Assembly (NCBI GenBank): GCA_043228905.1
Contig: JBHGNT010000002.1
Location: 2,852,001 to 2,916,000 of the forward strand
Length of the DNA: 64,000 nucleotides
Reading direction: 5' to 3'
DNA from: Azolla caroliniana
Lineage: Eukaryota; Plantae; Polypodiophyta
Below, in pieces: positions 13,540-25,260 of the stretch. Made by a program: the position numbers and the translations under genes. The notes below the pieces were generated by a model. The model was not told where the DNA came from, searched no databases, and saw nothing but the letters and a program-made list of their open reading frames with translations. The number at the start of each line of letters is the position of its first letter. Within the stretch, counting starts at the first letter, position 1.

Positions 13540-14139
13540 GTCTAGCCAAAATAGGAGTCGTTTGGTTGGACAACCCTAGATCTGTGCAGCCCATTAGTGG
13601 TTCCATTCCCTCTAAGTAAGTTAGCAATGTGTTCATAGCCCAAGTAACAATTAGTACTAAAAGTACCCCTCTAGTACATGTCTTAGCACTTCTAGATTCC
13701 AAAGCTAATTCTTGCTTCATGGATAGGAACTTTGCCCAAGCTCATCAAATATCACTCAGAAAACTCTCGTGTCCAGCCTCTGTAGTAGTCATTGATGGTC
13801 GTCCCATTGCTTCCAGAAATATCATAGAAGAGTCAGAGCCCATTAATATTGTCCTAGATAATCTAGCATGTGTAGTGTCATTTAATATAATTAGCATCCC
13901 AGAACACCCCATTGTTTTAGGATTACCATGGTTCGAATTACATAACCTAGACATAGATTGGAGAACAAGAGAAATCCGGTATCAAAGAGCCCGAGGGTCT
14001 ACTCATGAGATTGCAACCATTTCGCTACATCAGTTGCGGGAAGAAGGACGCAAGGAAGAAATGTTTCTCTTCGCAATATCAGTGAAGCCCTCAGACACCA
14101 TTAAAAAGGAGTTCATCGTTCAACTTCCAAAGAAGTATC

Positions 14140-17100
14140 TGTCGAATACATGTGTATAATGGACGTATTCACACTATCCCGTTTTGGCCATTTATGTAAT
14201 TAGCATAAAGGGTAGTTGCCCTAAGTCGGTCACTATATATAGTGACCTTGTAACCTTTTTGTAAGGTTGGTTGTTGTATTATTATTGCTTTGAGAAATAA
14301 AGAAAAAACTTGTGTGCCTCTCTCTCTCTCTCTCTCTTTCTCTGTGCAACGACATAGAAACTGTCATACGCAGGGAATAAACAGGAATCGAGTGCTTCTT
14401 GATCTTCCGCACTGACGACATTGCTTACAACATCTGGTATCAGAGCCTGCACAGTAGTCGGTCCTTCAATCCGCTGTCGGCCGTCGTCTCTGCATTCGGT
14501 TTCCTGCGTCATTCGAAGAAGAGAGAAGAAGAAGAAAAACCAGGTTTGCATCTCATCGCGTTAGATTATCTTGCTTGGAGTAAGCCAGCAGGTTGTACTC
14601 CGTTCCTTGTGATCGCAACCGCTCGAGGTGAAATCCCCTTGTGCAACATTGACACGATCGTGCTCCACTCGGTTAAACGGCATCCGAAAAGGTCATTGAA
14701 CGCTGTTCGCCGCTCGTTGTAACCACTCGGTGCAGATCGGTCTCAAGACAACAACCCCAAATCCGTGCTTCATCTGGCTGATCGACATTCGGGAGGATCA
14801 GTTGGATCCGTCTCTCTCGTTGCTGCAGTCAACCGAAGCAAAATCGGTCCAGATAATCGGTTTCAATAATCGGTATTCGGTATATATATCCGAAGCGAAC
14901 CGGGCTCACTCCGACTCGGCAACACTCGGGAAGACCAGTCGGTTCTGTCCCTCAAGTTACCGGAGTCAATTCGAGCAAGTTCAACAATACATATATCCGA
15001 AGCCGAACCGACTCGGGTTCAAATCCGACTAGAACGATATCGGGTGAGCCAACCGGCTGCATTCCAACAAGGTTCGTAGTCAACTCCGAACCGAGCTTCG
15101 TCAACCGAAACCAAATTTGATGGCATCAACATCTTCAGAAATGAGTCTACGAAAGTTCGATGGATCGAACTTCAACTTCTGGAAGGAACAAATGCAGGAC
15201 TATCTCATAGTCAAGGGGCAAATCGATCCCATCGAAAATGAAGAACCTCCAGAAGGATACAAACCAATTGAGTGGCAGAAGCTGGACAGAATCGTCCGCG
15301 CCACGATTCGGATGCACCTATCGGAATCGGTATACTTCACGGTGCAATCGTGTACGACAGCATTCGAACTGTGGAAAACGCTGTCGGACACTTACGAAAA
15401 GAAGGTCGCCGCAACGAAGATGTTTCTAATCCGGCGCCTCTACAACTTGCGGATGAAAGAATCTGATTCGGTTCAAGCACACCTCAATGAGTACGAAAGC
15501 ATAAGCTCCCAAATCTCGTCACAGGGGACGGCAATCGAGGATGAACTCAGAGCAATGATACTCATGAGCAGCCTTCCCTCATCATGGGAAACTTTCGTCA
15601 CAACCGTGTGCAACGCGTCAACCACGGCTGTTAAATACTCCAAAGTCACGAGCGCAATCCTGACCGAAGCAGCTCGGAGAAAGTCTTTCGCCAAAGACTC
15701 AACAGACGACGCTTACGTAGTACAAGGTTCGACAGACCGATCGAACATACGAGGAAGAGATTCCTCACGACCGCCGAACAATCAGCGAAGACGGAGCCAG
15801 TCACGGGATAACCGAATCTGCAACTATTGCAAGAAACCCGGACACATCAAAGCCGACTGCCGCGCACTCAAAAACAAGAACAACAAGAAGAGTGGCCGGC
15901 ATGAGGAGATCAATTACGTCAGCTTCTCAGCTGATGTACTACCGGACGACCCGAATATACTATCAATCGAAAATCCAGTCGGATCAGAAGTTCTACTCAC
16001 GACTGAAGAATCGAGCACATGGCTCTTGGATTCGGGCGCGTCATTTCATGTGACTCCTCATCGGTCCCAATTTCGGCAATATACGATCCGTCACTCCGAC
16101 TCAGTTCGGGTCGACAACTCACAACACTGTGACATCATCGGAATCGGCACAGTAGAGCTCAACCTTGCAGGTGGCTCTACACTTGTACTCCACAATGTCC
16201 GACATGTACCCGAGCTCTCAAGGCCATTGATCTCAGTCGGACAACTAGATGAAGACGGCATTCGTGCCGGTTTTTCTTCGGGAGGGTGGACACTCCACAG
16301 GGGGAACCTCCTGCTTGCTAGAGGACCCAAGATACACTCACTGTATCCGTTACATGTTACGCTCAGAGAGGGTAACCTGTTTTTGGTGGATATTCCTGTG
16401 TCATCACTATGGCACCGGAGATTAGGACACCTCAGCAAGGCCGGCATCACGCATCTATCTAGAGCCGGATACATCCCCAAACTCTCCTTCTCCGACCATC
16501 AATTCTGCGAGCATTGCCAGTATGGCAAACAAGCAGCCGTATCACACCCGACATCAGCACCAAGAGAAACGAGACCTCTCGATTTGGTCCACTCGGACGT
16601 CTGTGGCCCAATGCCGCATCAGTCTCTTGGCGGTGCCTCTTACTTCGTCAGTTTTATTGACGATTCGACTAGAAAGGTGTGGGCTTATCCAATTCGCACC
16701 AAAGATCGTGTCTTCTCGATCTTCTCCGATTGGCTCGCTATGGTAGAAAATCAAACCGACCGAAAGCTGAAATGCCTTCGGACCGACAATGGGGGAGAGT
16801 TTAAATCCGAAGAATTCGTCAAATTCTGCCGACAACGCGGCATCCGACGTGAATTTACGGCACCACACAGCCCGGAGCAAAACGGGATTGCCGAACGCAT
16901 GAATCGGACAATCCAAGAACGGATAGTTTCCATGCTCCAACACTCCGGACTGTCGGATGGCTTCTGGGCAGAGGCTCTACTCACGGCAGTACACATAATC
17001 AATATGTCGCCAAGTAGACCTCTAGGACTTCAAATTCCTCAGGAACTATGGATCGGCAGTAAGCCGAATTACGACAAGCTGAGGATCTTCAGATGCGAGG

Positions 17101-19613
17101 CGTACGCCCTTATTCCGAAAGATGATCGCCGAAAACTTGCACCTCGGTCCAGGAAATGCATTTTCCTTGGATATGGATCCGACGGCGAAATGGGATACCG
17201 ACTCTGGGACCCCGAACGCAGACAAATTGTTCGAAGTTCGGACGTTGTGTTCAACGAGTCGGCTATGACTCCATCAGTCGAAAAACCGATCGAAGTCCGA
17301 AGGGTAACATTTTCCGATGTGCCGACCCTTCAAGAAGGCCCCGCTCACAACACACGGTCAGCTTCACGGGTAGCTGAACCTTACACTACCGACTCGGACA
17401 ACTCTGACTCGGCACAGCCGAATGATTCGGTTTCGGACCATCCGACCTCGATACCCGATGCGACCAGTCCAATTATACCTCGACGATCCGAGAGACTGTC
17501 GCAACCTCTGGAGAGGTATTCTCCTGGAATTTTCTTCACCGACGCCGGCGAACCGACGTCTTACGAAGAAGCATCGACATTTGTCGATTCAGCCACCTGG
17601 CATCTGGCGATGGAGTCGGAAATGCACTCCATTCGGGCAAACAAGACTTGGGATCTGGTCGAATTACCTAGGAACCGACGTGCTCTTCCTTGCAAGTGGG
17701 TTTATCGACTAAAAGAGACGTCTGATTCGACCACCCCAAAGTACAAGGCCAGATTAGTTGCGAAGGGCTTCCGACAAGAATATGGCGTCGACTTCGACGA
17801 GATTTTTTCACCAGTGGTGAAAATGACAACCCTTCGTTTTCTGCTCGGCGTCGTGGCAGCCGACAACTTGGAGCTGATTCAGCTAGATGTCAAAACAGCC
17901 TTCCTCCATGGTGATCTCGAGGAGGAAATTTATATGGAGCAGCCAAAAGGCTTCGTGGCAACTGGCCAAGAACATCTAGTCTGCCGACTCAGGAAGAGTC
18001 TATACGGCCTCAAACAGGCACCGCGACAATGGTACAAGAAGTTCGACGACTTCATCCAATCGATCGGCTTCTCCAAAAGCGATGAGGACCATTGTCTCTT
18101 CACCAACACAGCTCAAGATGGATCACCCATCTTCCTCATCATTTACGTGGACGACATGCTAATTTCTGGACGCCACGCGGGCGAACTTGACGATCTCGTT
18201 CGGCAACTGCGGTTGAAGTTTGCCATGAAGGACCTCGGTCCGGCACGACACATCCTTGGCATGAAGATTAGTCGGCATCGCGATAAACGACATCTTTTTT
18301 TGTCTCAGACCGACTATATCGGACGTGTCTTGGAACGCTTCAACATGCAATCAGCCAAATCTGCTTCAACCCCGCTCCCCATGAATCTTCGGCTCTCTCA
18401 GCGAGACTGCCCGACATCCGGTTCGGAGGGGGAAGATATGAAGTCGGTACCGTATGCACCGGCAGTCGGCTCCCTTATGTACCTGATGGTCGCGACACGG
18501 CCTGATATTTCTCACGCCGTAGGAGTCGTTAGCAGATTTATGCACAATCCTGGCCGATCGCATTGGAACGCAGTCAAGCATGTGTTCAGATATCTGGCTG
18601 GCACAAAAGACCACGGCATTCTTTTCGGTCCGAACCGAACCTCAGGCGTAGTCGGTTACACCGACTCGGATTTCGCCGGCTGTATAGACAGTCGGAAATC
18701 AACAACCGGATACTGCTTCAAATTCGGCAATGGAGCAATCTCGTGGAAGTCGAAACTTCAGGAGTGCACAGCGACCTCAACGACCGAAGCAGAATATGTA
18801 GCTGCGTCCGACGCAGCAAAAGAAGCTTTGTGGCTCGGTCGGCTGGCGCACGCGTTTCGACAAGTCGACCATGACTCAGCTCCAGTTGTCTACAGCGACA
18901 GTCAAGGTGCTGTTGCCTTGTCGAAAAATCCGGTTCACCACAACGCCTCCAAACATATCGACGTTCGATATCACTTCGTTCGGGACTGCGTCATTTCAGG
19001 GAAAATCGGTCTAGAGAAAATATCCACAACCGACAATGTCGCAGATGGAATGACCAAGTGTCTTTCGGCAGACCGTTTTCGGTCTCTTCGGCATCAGATG
19101 GGCGTAACGACAAACCAGTCCGGTTAGAGCCGGACACAGAGCAGGATGGTTCCCGACAACCGACATCAGTTGCTTAATGATCGGCTTCAACTGTTCCGAC
19201 CCGACCAGTTCGGTCTTCTGCCTTCGGACCCTGCCGACTCGAACAAAGCTGATATGTCCGAGAACCTAAGTCTATACCTGTAATCTAAGATAACCCATGT
19301 ATACGCCCATTACGGGGGAGTGTCGAATACATGTGTATAATGGACGTATTCACACTATCCCGTTTTGGCCATTTATGTAATTAGCATAAAGGGTAGTTGC
19401 CCTAAGTCGGTCACTATATATAGTGACCTTGTAACCTTTTTGTAAGGTTGGTTGTTGTATTATTATTGCTTTGAGAAATAAAGAAAAAACTTGTGTGCCT
19501 CTCTCTCTCTCTCTCTCTTTCTCTGTGCAACGACATAGAAACTGTCATACGCAGGGAATAAACAGGAATCGAGTGCTTCTTGATCTTCCGCACTGACGAC
19601 ATTGCTTACAACA
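14140..19613 (+). mobile_element. Intact Ty1/copia LTR retrotransposon with identical 293-bp LTRs; TSD GTATC
   Basis: LTRs 14140-14432 and 19321-19613 (TG...CA) show no difference by eye. TSD at 14135-14139 and 19614-19618; PBS TGGTATCAGAGCC at 14435; PPT GGGGGAG directly before 19321. Confidence 0.98.
15117..19127 (+). CDS. Copia Gag-Pol polyprotein (about 1336 aa; first ATG at 15120)
   Basis: Uninterrupted ORF: CNYCKKPGHIKADC; PR WLLDSGAS; IN WHRRLGH..CEHC, HSDVCGP, RTDNGGEF, NGIAER; RT LDVKTAFL, YVDDML; RH YTDSDFAG, TEAEY, ADGMTK. Confidence 0.97.
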   Translation: MMASTSSEMSLRKFDGSNFNFWKEQMQDYLIVKGQIDPIENEEPPEGYKPIEWQKLDRIVRATIRMHLSESVYFTVQSCTTAFELWKTLSDTYEKKVAATKMFLIRRLYNLRMKESDSVQAHLNEYESISSQISSQGTAIEDELRAMILMSSLPSSWETFVTTVCNASTTAVKYSKVTSAILTEAARRKSFAKDSTDDAYVVQGSTDRSNIRGRDSSRPPNNQRRRSQSRDNRICNYCKKPGHIKADCRALKNKNNKKSGRHEEINYVSFSADVLPDDPNILSIENPVGSEVLLTTEESSTWLLDSGASFHVTPHRSQFRQYTIRHSDSVRVDNSQHCDIIGIGTVELNLAGGSTLVLHNVRHVPELSRPLISVGQLDEDGIRAGFSSGGWTLHRGNLLLARGPKIHSLYPLHVTLREGNLFLVDIPVSSLWHRRLGHLSKAGITHLSRAGYIPKLSFSDHQFCEHCQYGKQAAVSHPTSAPRETRPLDLVHSDVCGPMPHQSLGGASYFVSFIDDSTRKVWAYPIRTKDRVFSIFSDWLAMVENQTDRKLKCLRTDNGGEFKSEEFVKFCRQRGIRREFTAPHSPEQNGIAERMNRTIQERIVSMLQHSGLSDGFWAEALLTAVHIINMSPSRPLGLQIPQELWIGSKPNYDKLRIFRCEAYALIPKDDRRKLAPRSRKCIFLGYGSDGEMGYRLWDPERRQIVRSSDVVFNESAMTPSVEKPIEVRRVTFSDVPTLQEGPAHNTRSASRVAEPYTTDSDNSDSAQPNDSVSDHPTSIPDATSPIIPRRSERLSQPLERYSPGIFFTDAGEPTSYEEASTFVDSATWHLAMESEMHSIRANKTWDLVELPRNRRALPCKWVYRLKETSDSTTPKYKARLVAKGFRQEYGVDFDEIFSPVVKMTTLRFLLGVVAADNLELIQLDVKTAFLHGDLEEEIYMEQPKGFVATGQEHLVCRLRKSLYGLKQAPRQWYKKFDDFIQSIGFSKSDEDHCLFTNTAQDGSPIFLIIYVDDMLISGRHAGELDDLVRQLRLKFAMKDLGPARHILGMKISRHRDKRHLFLSQTDYIGRVLERFNMQSAKSASTPLPMNLRLSQRDCPTSGSEGEDMKSVPYAPAVGSLMYLMVATRPDISHAVGVVSRFMHNPGRSHWNAVKHVFRYLAGTKDHGILFGPNRTSGVVGYTDSDFAGCIDSRKSTTGYCFKFGNGAISWKSKLQECTATSTTEAEYVAASDAAKEALWLGRLAHAFRQVDHDSAPVVYSDSQGAVALSKNPVHHNASKHIDVRYHFVRDCVISGKIGLEKISTTDNVADGMTKCLSADRFRSLRHQMGVTTNQSG

Positions 19614-22600
19614 GTATCATCATTATGCCGATGTGTTCGATAAAGTACAAGCCAATACGCTTCCTCACCATCGACCGTATGATTGCCCCATAGATTTACA
19701 ATCGGGGAAAGAGCCACCATGGGGACCGATCTACAATTTGTCAACAACCGAGCTAGAAGTCCTGCGAGCCTATATAGAGGAGAATTTGGAAAATGGTTTC
19801 ATTCGACATTCGAAATCTCTAGCCGGCGCACCCATTTTCTTCATCAAGAAAAAGGATGGATTACTTCGTCTCGTTGTAGATTACCGTGGCTTGAATAAGG
19901 TGACAATCAGAAATAGGTATGCACTTCCCCTTATCTCAAGTCTTTTAGAACGGATCAATGGTGCCAGGTTCTTCACGAAGATCGACTTACGGGGAGCCTA
20001 TAACCTCATACGGATCCGACCATGAGATGAATGGAAGACCGTGTTTCGCACCAGATATGGGCACTTTGAGTATACAGTCATGCCGTTCGGCCTCACTAAT
20101 GCGCCAGCAGTCTTCCAGCACATGGCAAATGATATATTCCGAGATCTCTTGGATGTTTGTTTAATCATCTATTTGGATGATCTACTGGTTTATTTGAAGA
20201 CCCAAGAAGAGCACGATTCTCATGTACTGTTAGTACTAAAACGACTTCGAGAACATGGTCTTTATGCAAAGCTAGAAAAATGTAGTTTTGGGTGCAACTA
20301 GGTGGAATTTCTGGGCTATGTCATTTCCTCGGAAGGCATCTCCATGGACCCAACTAAGGTCAAAACTATGGTAGAGTGGCAGACTCCGCGTTCGGTGCGA
20401 GATGTGCAATGCTTTTTAGGCTTTGCCAATTTTTACCAGAAGTTCATACAAGATTACTCAAAGCTTGTTTTGCCTCTCACATAGCTTACCAGGAAGGGAC
20501 AATCATTCGTTTGGTCTAAAGAAGCGGATATGGCTTTCGAGAGTCTTAAAAGGGCATTTACATAAGCTCCAATTCTAGCTCATGTCGATCCAAAAAAATC
20601 ATTCATTATCGAAGCAGACGCATCGGATTTCGCATTGGGGATCATTCTGTCACAACGGGGTAATGACGAGAAGCTACATCTTGTGGCTTTTCACTCACAC
20701 AAGTTTGACGCCGTCGAAATCAACTACGAAATTCATGATAAGGAGCTATTGGCAATAATGGACTCTTTTACGCAATGGAGGCATTTTCTAGAGGGATCCT
20801 CTCATCAAGTCACCGTATTCAGTGACCACAAAAACCTTGCCTACTTTCAGGACGCTCGTGTGTTAAATCGACGTCAAGCTCGGTGGGCCCACTTCCTCAC
20901 GCGTTTCGACTTCAAAATTACATATCCTCCGGGGAAGCACCAAGGAAAGTTGGGACTGACACGACTGCAAGCAACACAGGTCTTTGGCATGCCAATGGAT
21001 TCCCACGTTATCGATACTATACGTGAGACCTTGAAGACCGATGCTTTCACCCAAGACATTCTAGCACAAATTGATCCCTCTCGAGCATCTTGTTCACAGT
21101 TTCAACCACCAGGTACAGACTATCGGCAATTCAAATACCATGATGGATTACTATTCTTTAATGAACTCTTGTATGTTCCTAATGGTTCTTGCCGCCTTCG
21201 AGTAGTCCAAAATTGTCATGACACATATACAACTGGGCATTTTGGTAGTACTAAAACATTAGATTTAGTACAACAATCATTTTGGTGGCCTTGTATGCGA
21301 CTATTTGTTGAAGATTTTGTTCGGACTTGTGATACATGTTGCAGAGCGAAAATGCCAAGGCATCATCCATATGGTTTATTAGAACCATTACCAATTCCAA
21401 GCAAGCCGTGGCAATCCATTGCTCTAGACTTCATCACAGATCTTCCAGTCTCTAAGGGGTTCAATGCGATTCTAACAATCGTAGATTGATATACGAAGAT
21501 GGCTCATTTCTTGCCATGTACTAAGGAAATATCCAGTGAAGAAACCGCTGAAATTGTCATGCGTGAAGTATGTCGTCATCATGGCCTTCCCGATAGTATC
21601 ATCAGCGACCGTGGACCCCAGTTCGTATCGAAATTCTAGAAGCACCTTTTTAAAATGCTCAAGTTCACATGTAACCTCTCCTCCGGCTACCACCCACAAA
21701 CGGATGGCCAAGCAGAATGAACAAATCAAACACTGGAGCAATAACTTCGGTGCTTTCTAAGCTATCATCAGGATGACTGGGTAGATATTCTCCACTTCGC
21801 TGAATGTGCCTACAATAACTCTGTCCACGCATCGACTAAAGTTACGCCATTTTATGCTTATACGGGTTCTCACCCCCGGTGGTGTATTTGAAACCCCAGA
21901 GTTGTCCACAAATCCTTGCACAAAGGATCGTTTAGAGCGGTTATGCAAGATACAAGCCGATTTATCTACTCATCTCCAACAAGCTCAACAAACACACAAG
22001 GTTTATGCAGATCATCATCGACTTCCATCCAATTTTAACATTGGAGATCGGGTATGGTTACTACGACAAAACATCAAGACTACTCACCCATGCGAGAAGT
22101 TGGATTATCGGCGATTAGGTCCTTTCCGTATTATAGGAAAGATTAATGATGTCGCTTTTCGTCTCGATCTACCTCCGCAACTTTGGTTAATCCGGTGTTT
22201 CATAGTTCTCTCCTCGAACCCTATCAAGAGAACACCATCCCAGGACGTATTACACAGCCTCCACCCCCGATCGAGCTTGAAGATGGACCTGAGTACGAGG
22301 TTGCCGCCATCCTTGATTCCAAGATTGTTCGCAACAAGCTCTACTATCTAGTCGATTGGCTAGGATATAGTCCTAGCAAGCGTACTTGGGAACCGATAGA
22401 GAATATGACCAATGCTCGTGCTCTTCTTGAAGACTTCCATCGTCAATATCCAGACAAACCGGGTCCTCAATCCAAAACGACTCGTGACACTCGTCGTTTT
22501 AAAGGGGGGATAATGTCATGATATGGCAAGACTCGAACCCATGACCTTATGCTACATGGGTCGATCTCTTGACCATTAGACCATACAATGTAATACGTAG

Positions 22601-22806
22601 AGTATTATTTTCATTTATGTTTTATTATAGATTCATGTATATTCTAGATTTCTTTGGAACATTCTAGAAACTTCAAGAGTATTCCTCAAAACACTATAAA
22701 AGGAGGCACAAGGCATTATTTCGAATAAAATCGGTTCAACGCCAGTCTCAAGCCTCCTAGCTACTACTGTACATTCTCTTCACATAATATATATCTTTTC
22801 TTATCA

Positions 22807-22840
<34 letters not shown>

Positions 22841-22843
<3 letters not shown>

Positions 22844-23758
22844 GGGGTGGAAGTATGGGGCGGTAGCATCCCTAAATCTATGTGGAAAGAGTTTGAAAAT
22901 GTCCAAAAGCATTTTCTTACCAAGTTTCTACAAGTTAAGAAACAAACGCCCTACACCCTCCTCCTCCTTGAGACGGGATCGCTTCCCATTGAGATCATGG
23001 CCATGGAAAGGGTTGTTGAATACATGCTTAAGGTTCAAAAAAGTCCCTCACATCAACTTCCTAGAATTGCGTGGGAAGCAAGCAAAAAGATCCAAAAGAC
23101 GCATAAAAGCAAAATTTTGTGTTCCGGTTGGATGCAAGATATAGAAAAATGGTTTGGTAGATGGGATGCGAGACACTTGCTTCATGATGCATCATTAGAT
23201 TCCTCTGTAAATGAGGCATTTTTGCAACGCCAATGTATCATGACATGGGACAAATGTGGAGGCTCACGCTTCACACATTATACTACACATGTTGCACCTA
23301 ACTACAAAACCATATTCTTCGCGGAACGGGGAAATCGTACACATCCATACATGTTAGAGCCCATACCGTTATCTTCCATTCGAACCATTGCTTCCATGCG
23401 ACTTAGCTCACATGCATTGCGATGTGAAACAGGGCGTTGGGGTACAAGTGATGAGAGTGGTCGGTTATGCGCACTTATGCCCTAAACAAGTTCGCGAGTC
23501 TGAGTATCACACTTTGATACAATGCTCTGCCTTTGATCATATTCGACCATGCTTTACACATCTCTTCGATCGAGCCCAATCTTTGCATGAATTCCTCTCA
23601 CAACCACAATGTGCACTCTCGATTGCAACATTCATTGGTAAAGTTCTTGAACATCGAGAGTCACTACTCACTTTCACACATATCACGTGAAATGTAATAT
23701 TTTTGGTCTCATAGGTCATATTTGACCTCCGAAGACGATAATATAATCTATCTATCTA

Positions 23759-23763
<5 letters not shown>
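22841..23763 (+). mobile_element. 5'-truncated non-LTR retrotransposon (RTEX/CR1-group-like ORF2 C-terminus) with a (CTAT)n tail, inserted in the (CT)n tract of the chromovirus 3' LTR
   Basis: YGVEVWG...LLLETG...LRCETGRW..RLC.|CPKQVRESEYHTLIQC (C-terminal CCHC, one frameshift). The tail is (CTAT)4, with (CT)n on both sides, and LTR sequence resumes afterwards. Clade assignment is tentative. Confidence 0.82.
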
Positions 23764-23810
<47 letters not shown>

Positions 23811-24824
23811 CCTCCCTCCCTCTCACTCACTCTTTCCTTCTCTTGAGAGTTCTTCACCTCTCTTAGTACTAATACTTCTTTTAGTACTAATTCCTTCTCT
23901 GTCTTAGTATTGTTCCTAACAAGTCCTAAGTGCTTCGTTGGGTTTGCTATGGTCCTTCTTTGAAGTGCTTTGATAGCGAAGAACTATTTCAATGGCCTCT
24001 TCGAAGGATTTTGGATCCTTATTGTGCACTATCCAATGATATTTCGAATTGGGGAAGCCATTGACAAAACAAGCTATCAAACAATTGTCCCCTTCTAGAC
24101 CCGATTCTTGGATTTGGGTTCTAGCATGGTGAAGATAGTCTTCTAGCGAGGAAAATTTTCGGCCAGAGAGGTTCATTAAAGCTTGTGATGCCTTGGTTCG
24201 AGATGGAGGTTGCAAAAATTGGCCCTTGAAAACTGTGACAAAGTCTGTCCAGGTATTAAGCAATTTCCCCGTAGTGCATAGCCCACGCCACTAGGCGATG
24301 GCCTTACCCCCTAGTTCTCGAACAACATATGCAATCTTTGCACTTTCTAGCTTGGGATAGAGCTCAAAGTGAGACTCCCATCGGCCTTGCCATGTGTTGA
24401 TTGCTTGTTCGGTTCTTTCTTTTTTTTCTCCCGTAAATGGCTTTATGACAAATGATGGTTCACCTTGACGCTCATCAGGTCTATTAGTATCGTGTTGCAT
24501 ACTAATGACATGTGCCTCGAGAGCACTATGAGATTGTCGTAGTTCGGACATCTCATGCAAGGTAGAATCAAAGAAATTTTGTATTTGTAAAAAATATGAC
24601 TCAAAGGGAATTGGCCTAGGAGGATTTCCTTGAATTCCTTCTGCTTGAATTATTATGAGCCATTGAATTATAATTTCTAGCAAAGAAATAGGATAAGGTC
24701 AGACAAATAGTCATAACATCATGTCGTGATGTAACAATATCATGGGCAAACATTAATCAATATCATGATCTCACGTCAATACCCCTCTAAATGTATGAGA
24801 TGAGGTTCAAGATCATGTTACTAT

Positions 24825-25260
24825 GGTAACACAAAGGTGTTTTAAAAACCATGGGGGTGACAAATGAATGTCTTTCCTTGATCTCTATATATTGATTTTT
24901 TCATGGCGGCTCCCCGAGGCTTAACCATGTATGTTCACATCATGAATAGTTTATACATGAAAAAATGTTAACAATAAACTATGTCTCTGTGCCCACCCAT
25001 GTGGTTTCGGCTCTTTAAGTCCCATTACAAGGACCCCAAAATCCTATTACGGTAACACAAAGGTGTTTTAAAAACCATGGGGGCGACAAATGAATGTCTT
25101 TCCCTAATCTCTATATCGATTTTTTCATGGTGGCTCCCCGAGGCTCAACCATGTATGTTCATGTCATGAATAGTTTATACACGAAAAAATATTAACAATA
25201 AACTATGTCTTTGTGCCCACCCATGTGGTTTCGGCTCTTTAAGTCCTATTACGAGGACCC
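24825..25260. repeat. Tandem duplication, period ~226 bp, in the leader of the old gypsy element
   Basis: GGTAACACAAAGGTGTTTTAAAAACCATGG starts at 24825 and at 25051. Confidence 0.9.

Larger units (their letters stand above)
13540..22521 (+). pseudogene. Chromovirus pol (PR-RT-RNaseH-IN-chromodomain), interrupted by the copia element at 14140-19613
   Basis: PR LLDSKANSCF; rejoined QLPKKY|HHYADVF; RT KIDLRGAY...MPFGLTNAP...YLDD; RH YEIHDKELLAI; IN H-H-C-C and IALDFITDLP; chromodomain EYEVAAILDSK...YLVDWLGY...TWEP. Multiple stops. Confidence 0.93.
11496..23921 (+). mobile_element. Ty3/gypsy chromovirus (Tcn1/Tf1-sushi-like), decayed, with an aberrant composite 5' end; 5-bp TSD AGTCC
   Basis: TSD AGTCC at 11491-11495 and 23922-23926. 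Full 5' LTR 11871-12306; PPT AAAGGGGGGATAA before the 3' LTR (22514-23921, interrupted by a LINE fragment). Domain order gag-PR-RT-RH-IN-chromodomain. Confidence 0.95.

Noticed and set aside
15200-18874. Many short alternative-frame and antisense ORFs inside the copia ORF
   Set aside because: Expected shadow ORFs of a GC-richer coding region, with no recognisable motifs.
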